Positions 55,799 to 64,000 of a DNA stretch of 64,000 nucleotides are shown one piece after another. The DNA lies in the NCBI GenBank assembly GCA_016748015.1, contig JAAOMT010000563.1, forward strand, positions 62,001 to 126,000, written 5' to 3'. The notes under the pieces are model-generated. The model was not told where the DNA came from and made no database searches. It was given only the letters and a program-made list of their open reading frames with translations. The translations under genes and the position numbers were made by a program. Source of the DNA: Geosiphon pyriformis uo1. Its lineage: Eukaryota > Fungi > Glomeromycota. Within the stretch, counting starts at the first letter, position 1; the number at the start of each line of letters is the position of its first letter.

Positions 55799-58700
55799 TT
55801 TTTTTTTTTTTTAACACATTTAATGAGTATAGCCCAATCGCTATCTAGTACATAGAACCAAACTAAAAGACTCAAACTAAACGCGACTTACGCACTTTCT
55901 ACATGTGGCTAGCCACTCAGGCCAGACAAGGCAACACTACACATCTATAATTACCTGCACACTGTCATCCAGACCAGAAAAAAAACAATAAGACTTCCGA
56001 TGACCAAAGCTAACAGCAAAGAAATTGGCCACACCAAGCAACCTCACAATACCATCAGACAAAACCGAAGACACACCACAAGGGAGCCCAGAAACAACAC
56101 CAACGTTACAGACCAGACCAGCCTTCTCCATCACCACCCGGTGGCTGGCCCTAGCTAACCATACTTTAGCATGATATAACCCAACAACAAACCTGACAAA
56201 ATCAACAATCCGAGCAGCGGCCACCTTTCTATCCTCAAAAACACTGCAAGCCTCCTCATACCACTCTTCCAGCACAAACCCTTTGCACACCAAAGTGTAC
56301 AGCCCAACATCAATGAAACATCGAGACAAAACTCGCAACACGGCAGAAGCAGGAAAACCACCAGCCAAAGCTGATCAATGAGCAGAAGCCTCCGCCAAAA
56401 TCTCACCACAGACACTGGACTCATGAACACAAGTAAAAGCATGGTCAGAGAACTCCACCTTACCACAACACAAACACAATACATTAAGGTAGCACTTATT
56501 ATACAACCTCTTCCTTACTGCCACTGGCAACCTCCTGTGCACAGCCTTCATAACATAAGTGTGAAGCATTGATGATGCGCGGCTAGTAAACCCAGCAAGC
56601 ATATGAGAATCAGGATGCCACACCTCTGCCATGACAACCCAGTTTATGCAACCAATCATCGCATCCGGAACCACATCACAACCAGGCCCAGCTTCCCAAT
56701 GAGCACAACAAATTGATCAAAAAATATTCTTGACAAAATGACGGGCGTTACCAGAAACAGCGACACCCTCAGCAACCAAAAAATGTTCATGCACATTGGC
56801 ACAAAGGGAAAAGGGAGACCCAGAGGCAGCCCCAGCAGCCAAGTTAACTTTTACATTACCAGGAATCCCAGAGTGTCCTTTCACCTTAACCCAACTCACA
56901 CTAAGATTTTTATCCCTGACCAAATTGAAAATATGACGCCTTTCCAGCCAGCATTGATTACGGAAATCAGGGGCAACCAAGGACATCTCAGATACACATG
57001 TGTCAATGGCAGCCTGGCTGTCAAGATATAACACCACAGTACTAGAAGAAGGAACACACTCCAAAGCCAAAGCAACAGCCTGTAACTCAGCCATAGTAGA
57101 TGACAAAAGGCCATAAACAGTGACACCAATGCTTTTATCCAAGACCGAAAAGTATGCAGCAGCACCACAGGCGACCTCAACAGAGCCTGCATTCCTCAAA
57201 GACCCATCTGTAAAAACTTCAAAAAAGCCCGACCAAATGTCATGCACCCCATTTTTTACTGCAGAAAATTCCTCAGACCCCAAAATGTCCAAACCAAGCT
57301 TTTCCGCAGAGTCAATAGAACCAGAAAATGAGTAACCCTGACCCTTCAAAAACTCAGAAGAAACCATGAACCAGTGAGGCACAGGGCCACGCAGATCCAA
57401 CTTTTTCCAACGACAAAAAGTTTTCCAATCCAACAAAATGCCCTTCTTATCAAAAAGCCGATCACCAAAAGCGACACCAAAACATTTAAGAGATTTGACC
57501 GAATCAAAATACAGAGACTTTCCAAGAACAGAGGACAATGGAAACTGACCAGAACTACGAAAAGCAGTGGGGAGGTTGTTTACCAAAGCAAGCTCATTGT
57601 CCAGAAAGATCTTTACCATCCCAGCCAAAAAATTGTTCACCAGACTAACACGCAACCTAACCGGAAACTGCAAAGAATCCAAAGGAGTCCAACCAAGAAC
57701 CTGAAGGTCCAAAAACCTATGTCTAAACAAATGTCCAAGAATACCATAGGCATTAGAGAATGCTATCAAAGCAGCAACCTTCCCTTCTGACTGCACCTGC
57801 TCAAAAGGCTTTAGGCCATACAATGAGGAATGATGCAAAGCAGTGTCTAAAAAATCACGGGGGAGACAAGCCTTGGACCTAAGACCCTTTCTAACCAAGA
57901 CATCCCACTTGTGACAAACATTAGATGAGACAAAACTGAACTGAATACGATAGGCAACAATAGGCTGCAAAACAGCCGACACCAGATAGGAGAACTGTTT
58001 GTCTGTAATAGCCTTCCTAAGCACAACATTGACGAACAAAACATACATCCGCATGAGCCTTGACAACACTCGGCTTGGAGAGCCCTTCAGTTGACAGAAA
58101 AATACCCAGATACCGATGTGCTTTTCCTTTCTTGGCAATAGAAATTGGCTGACCACAAATGTTCAGTAAAGCAACTTTAATGCCCTGATTGATGGAAATA
58201 GCTACTGTCTTCTCACTATTGATAGAAATATCATTGATCACAAAAAATTCACTGGCAATGTTCAGAGCATATTGAGTAGAAGCTTGACAATTTCCAATCC
58301 AGATTGTATCATCAACAAATGCACCAGCCGAAAAATATGATGTCAAACTGCCACCACTCTCAATTTTGCCAGATTTTGAAACAAACTTAGTATTAATCCA
58401 GTACCCACACAATTGTTCATGCCTCTTAACCTCACACAAAAGCAGATCGTAAAAAATTCTCCAAAGAAGTGGCAAAAAGACCTCATCCTGATCCAGCCCA
58501 TCATGCATCTTATAACCACCAGACAAACCAAAGTCAGTCATCACCCTATTAACTCTATCCTCATGAATACCACCAAAAAACCTTATAAACCTCTCACACA
58601 TCTTGACATGCCACAAACTGGCTTTTAAATGGTGCCACCCAACTGAATTGTAAGCTTTCCGCATATCTTGCAAGACCAACTATAACTCCCTACCCTTCTC

Positions 58701-61700
58701 AATAGCATCCTCAATTACCAATCTGACAGCAAACACTGGAGATTGGGTAGACATACCCTTCAGCACCGAAAAGTTGTCACCCTGAAGAACATTGAACTTG
58801 CTACAAGCCATTGAAATACGATCAGACAGAATCTTGGAAAGAATTTTTCTGGCTGTCTTAATCAAAGCAATGGACCGAGTGTTCGTAAGAACTCCATCCT
58901 AGTCATAAGGCTTAGGAATCATTGACACCCAAGCCCTTTTCCACAAAATAGGCACCATACCAACAAACAAACATTTATTAAACAGCGCCAATAGGCACCC
59001 CAAAACCACCTCACCACCATGCTTCCACAACTCATTAGGAACACCAGACAAACCAGCAGTCTTGCCATCAGGAAGACCACCAACAACAAAGAGTAATTCG
59101 CCCATACTGATTGCACTCATAACACCCAAAAAAGCATCATCCCGAACATGGTCCAAAGGCGCATACTGATGAGCCCAAAGACCAGGAAGCACTGACTGCA
59201 CGGAGCGTTTTCTCGTCCACCCCTCCATTATTCTATCCACACTAAATTTCACCTCTTCAGGCAACAAAACCAGATCATCATCAACTATCAAGTGATCCAA
59301 CACAACCTTGTGAAAAGGCTTTTCCAACACACTCCTGATCATACTACCCTTATCTGAACAGAAATTATCCATGTGCTTCTCAATTGCCTTCCTAACTGAA
59401 GCTTCCTTAGCCAACCTTGATTCAAACATTTTCGACCTCCTGTAATCTCTGCAAACCAATGACAAATGCTTAACAACAACATCAGATTTAACACCCAAGC
59501 CCACCAAGTCCTTGAAAACACAAGCCTTTACGTCATCCAGAGTTGACCATTTACTCACAAAACGATCAGCACCCAGCAAGTTACCAGAGCAAAATTTTTT
59601 GACAATCTTGGCCACCAACAATTCCAGACCAAAAAACTTAGAAGAATGTTTGTTTCTCGAACACTCGAATTCACTAAACCAATGCCTCGAAAATGTTACA
59701 TCAGCAGAATTCACCACAGCCCTCACCAAAACTGTCCACATTGCATCCATATCACCACATATTTTGGCATCAGAGAACACCTCACCCAAAGACAAAAGTT
59801 TAGCTGATGAGAGATCCTTAAACTTAGCCCATCCAACACAGTCAGCATTCTTGATTTTGAACTTCCAATGATTTTTATTCGCCTGCTTGCGCAAACTATT
59901 CAATTATACATCTAGAAGTCCACCCAAACCAACTGAAACCACAACTGCCTTGTGATTGGTGTTAAAGAAATCCGAAACAGAGACAACTTGATGACCAGCA
60001 ACAGCAGAAGACAAATTACCACCAACAAAAATATAATCAATCATTTTCCCAACCCCTCTCGAATTGCTTCATGTATAAGAATTAGCCAAATAATGACCAA
60101 CAAATGAATTGACCAAACCCAAACTCAAACAAAACTTGAAACTAGCACTTCTACCAGATCCATTCTCATTAAAATCCCCACCCAAGATAACAAAATTGCT
60201 GGAGTTGACTGCCTTTGCAATAAGAGAGTTAACTTCAGAAGCCTGACCAAATCTAGCCCCAGAGGAGGCACCAGCATACAACCCCAAAACAGTAACCGAG
60301 AGCTTGCCCTTAAACAGGAGCTGAACAGAAATAACCCGACCAGGAATCTCTTCCACCTTAGATACATGATGGGCCAAAGAAACGTTCATAACAATTGCAA
60401 TCCCAGCACCCATAAAACCTTTATCCAAGCCAAAAGAAAATATTCGCACTCCATCAAATTTGTCCTTTATCCATGGCCCAGAAGAGGACTTCAACTTAGT
60501 CTCAGTGATGAAAGAAACCATATTCCCCAAGTTCACATGCCAACAAACAACATTTGCTTGTTTCACAGAAACATTGATACCCTGAACATTGCACGTAGCA
60601 AATTTCCAAACCAAACTACTCATTGAGATAGAGGAAAAGCCAACGAACCCGATCCAAAATACAGATAATCCAATCTATCCAAAACTGAGTGAACTGAAGC
60701 CTCAAGAGCCACCATATTCGACTCCAAACCACCAATCTTGGCAGTCAAAACCCTAGAACTGCTCGGACTGAAATCAACAATCAACTCACCAACATTGGGA
60801 GGAAAAGAGGCAGACAATAACAATGTACTATCCAAAGCCAAACCTGAGTCCATATCTGAAACAACGGCAGTTGGAGACACCAAAGGAAGAGCTGAGGGAG
60901 AGGGTGCCAATGACACCAAGTCAACAAAACTTAATTTCTTTAAAATAAGTGACACTTGGTCTGAGAGAATTTTCATGGAGTGTTCCAGCACAGCTAGGCA
61001 ACCACCTAGATCAGCAGCACCAGACGAGGAGGAATCTATTGAAAAAGCCTTCGAACCAAAGATTGAACCAACACCAGGAGCACCTGAAGAGACAACATGA
61101 GAGGGAGAGCTGCCTGCCACTTGGGCCCACGTCTTTCCACCAAAAGAAACTGGGCAGGCAATCGGTGCCTGCTTCTTCCTATAAATATTGGCCAATCATA
61201 CCCTATCCTGAGAAGTCGCCGCATGTTTCTCATAACCCCCAGACCCCCTACTCACAGAGCAATCAACAGCAGTATGACCAAACAGTTTGCAATGAGCGCA
61301 ACTGGCCAAAGAAAGACTGGTCCAATGCAAACCCACACCTTTGAAAACCGGAACTGAACCAATAGCAGCCAACTTAGATGCCTCACTTTCAAAACAAATC
61401 ACAGCACACTGATCACGAACATATAAAGTTGGGTTATGGCCTATAAAACAAGTTTTCCCACCATAAGCCTTCACCAATTCAGACAAATCATGAGCAGTCG
61501 TGCCAACTGGAAGAGTATAAAGCAACGCCTGATGCTGATTCCTAGATACCCACATTTGTTTATCTACACACGCCTTTGCCATGCGAACAGAATCTTTTCC
61601 CATAAGCACAGACCATCTAGCCGTGACCAAATCAGCTATCTCAGATGATTCATATTCCACTAGGGCCTTTTGCCAAAGACCAATAAGCTGCACTTTAATT

Positions 61701-62700
61701 GAAATAATCTTGCCAAACTTGGAGAACACTGCCTCAATCGCCAATTTGGGAAGATCTATTGGGATTTCTTTGGTGATCACCTCCTGATCTGAACAGCTGT
61801 TTACTTTTCTTAGATCATCATTTACCAAAATTTTTTCACAGATTGCCATTTCCCTTGCCTTAATCAAACTTTTTTCAGATGTGAATAATGACCTTATTAT
61901 TCCAGGAAATTTTGAGGGAGTCGAAGCCCTCCCAAAACCATTAACTTGATAAAAAATCTTTTTCACACAAATCAACTTATCACTAACAGTTTTTCCAGGA
62001 ACAGCAGAAAGTTCAATATCCAATACAAAAGATTTTACCAAAATAAAATTCTGAATCTCCCAATCATGTGACACAATTGGCAGCAACTGATTGGATCCAT
62101 TGAACGTGTGAGGAGGGAGCTCCAAAATGTCGCCAGCACTACCCATATCAATGAAAGAAGGCTGCTTAGGCAGGTGATCAAATACATATGTTCTCATTCT
62201 CAAACCCTTTGGCGTAGCATTACCCATTAGTTTGTCATCCCCAGAAGCGTCGGAATTGACGTAGCTCGTTTCTTCCACAATCGTGTTTTTCATGTTCTCA
62301 ACGTCAGAAATCCCTCCAATACTTGATTCCTCACTGTCCATTTTGCTACCCCAAGATTTTTTCCAGTCGTCAACACCACCATATAGCATGTTCACAAGCA
62401 GAGAGCCAGCCGACAAATTCACAACAACACCAGAATCATCAGATTTCTTTGCTTTCTTGTAAGACGGACCACGAGCGTAAACACTCTCAATGTACATCTT
62501 TTTTTTATTGCCAGAATGGGTCCTCACACCAGCCGAACCAGATGCTGACCCACCAGCAGAAAAGCCTACTGGATCCATTGTCATGAACAGAGGTGTATGT
62601 AAAGAAATAACTGAAGAGAACAGAAGGGAATAAGGGAAAAAAAAGATATTTCTTTGACTACCCTATGCTCTCGTTGTGGTCAGGGGATCAACAAAAGAAA
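55799..62700 (-). mobile_element. Degenerate LINE, least decayed copy, with poly(A) tail
   Basis: ORF1 62584-60620 has one internal stop and CAHCKLFGHTAVDC. ORF2 60623-55937 has ITETKL, GGDFNE, AFVDDT, RYLGIF, FTDGS...AELQA...LDSQAA...KGHSG and CLCC..E..DH. The poly(A) tail is the T run at 55799-55812; the 5' end is approximate. Confidence 0.92.
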
Positions 62701-64000
62701 GGATTTTTTTTATTAGCAGTTTTCAAATTCATGATGAAAGAATTATTTAAAGAAATATTGAAAGATTTGACAAGAAAAAACAGAAAACTTCTTTTTTAAA
62801 AATGTGCCTTTTTTAAGGATTTTTGGAGGTAAAAAAGAAAGAAGTTTTTATTTTTGTTAATTAATATTATTTAATTATTTTTTATTTTTATTTAATTTTT
62901 TTATTTTTAATTTAGTTTTTTATTAATTTTAATTTTTGGTTTAAATATGACTTTGAATATATATATTTTTTATTTAATTTTTTTTGATAAAGTTTAAAAC
63001 TCTTTATTTTTGAATTTTATTGTATTTAATATTATTATTTTAAAATTAAATAGCTTAAAAATTAATATAATTAAGTTTACAAGCTTTTTTAATATTGTTT
63101 TCTTAAAATTAAATTTTTTGTTTATTAATAATATTATTTTTTTAATAATTTGTTTAATGTAAAAAATTATTATATGTAATATTAAAAACATAAACAATTT
63201 TATAAAACAAAAAAATATGTAAAATAATATAAAAATATAAATAATATAATTTTTATTATTATTAAACAAAATTAAAAAATTAAATTAGATTTTGAATTAT
63301 AAACAAATTGAATAAATATATATATTTATATTTGATTTAAATTTTAATTACTTGAATTTTGAAATTATAATTATTATAAATTTTAATTTAATAAAATATA
63401 TCTGTAAAATTTTTAAGCTTTTAAAATAACTTTTGATAATTTACTTATTATTTAAAAATAAATTTTTAATTATTATTTTAGATTTATATATTAAAATATT
63501 ATTATGTATAAAACTTAAATTAAATTATGTTTTACATACTAAAACTGTAAATATTAATATATTTATAATATTAATTTTAAAAAATATTTGGATTTAAATT
63601 TGTGTAACTTTTTAGTAAATTGCTTTGTAACTAAATTTTTAACTTGAAAAAACTTTAAAAAAATTAAACAAATTATTAATTCTGTTTTTATTATTTTTGT
63701 TATTATTATTATTAACTAGAATATATATATAATATATTTAAGTTTTTTAACTTTAATTACAAAGCTGTTTTGGTTTGAATAATATTTTAGATGTTTAATT
63801 TAATAATTTATATAAATAAACAAATAAAAATCTTTAAAAATATAAAATTAAAGATGTTAATAATACTAAATAAAACTATTTTAAAAATTTTTTTTTTGTT
63901 AAAAATTATTATTATTGTAAATATATTTAATAAGTGAAAAAAAAACTGAAAATTTAAACATAATATAATTTTTTATTTAAATATATTGTGTTTATTAACT

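Noticed and set aside
55222-55875. ORF apparently starting at 55875
   Set aside because: Its N-terminal part reads through the upstream LINE's 3' UTR and poly(A) tail (KKKKK); the real ORF1 start is ATG 55779.
62655-62695. Possible HDV-like ribozyme or pseudoknot at the LINE 5' end
   Set aside because: Only 4-5-bp pairings are visible; I could not build the nested double pseudoknot.

Overview
Eukaryotic, AT-rich, intron-dense fungal genomic DNA. It is most likely Glomeromycota/early-diverging Mucoromycota (inference from the U12 minor introns, the TKL kinase with an HPxAxYTSRLL tail and the transposon types). Bases 1-25.2 kb are a compact housekeeping island: BRL1/BRR6-like, GRDP/DUF1399, SLY1, CLF1/CRN, MIX23, a CBS-domain protein, CUL1, a GPI-type CE4 chitin deacetylase and RAD14/XPA. 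Two of these genes carry U12-type introns, one AT-AC and one GT-AG. Bases 25.2-64 kb are a repeat block. It holds a TKL kinase pseudogene with a poly-Thr expansion, a gap-flanked Ty3/Gypsy fragment, a degenerate two-LTR Ty3/Gypsy element with dUTPase, three degenerate APE-RT-RNase H LINEs and very AT-rich tracts. The most unusual signal is an intergenic, GC/CpG-rich ~460-nt element at ~9.98-10.44 kb between the convergent SLY1 and CLF1 genes. It has five hairpins with unrelated but complementary stems, each capped by the same RUCAGRGAUGGSA motif and all enclosed by a long-range helix. I could not assign this candidate multi-hairpin ncRNA to any family I know. Exon boundaries and RNA pairings were worked out by eye.
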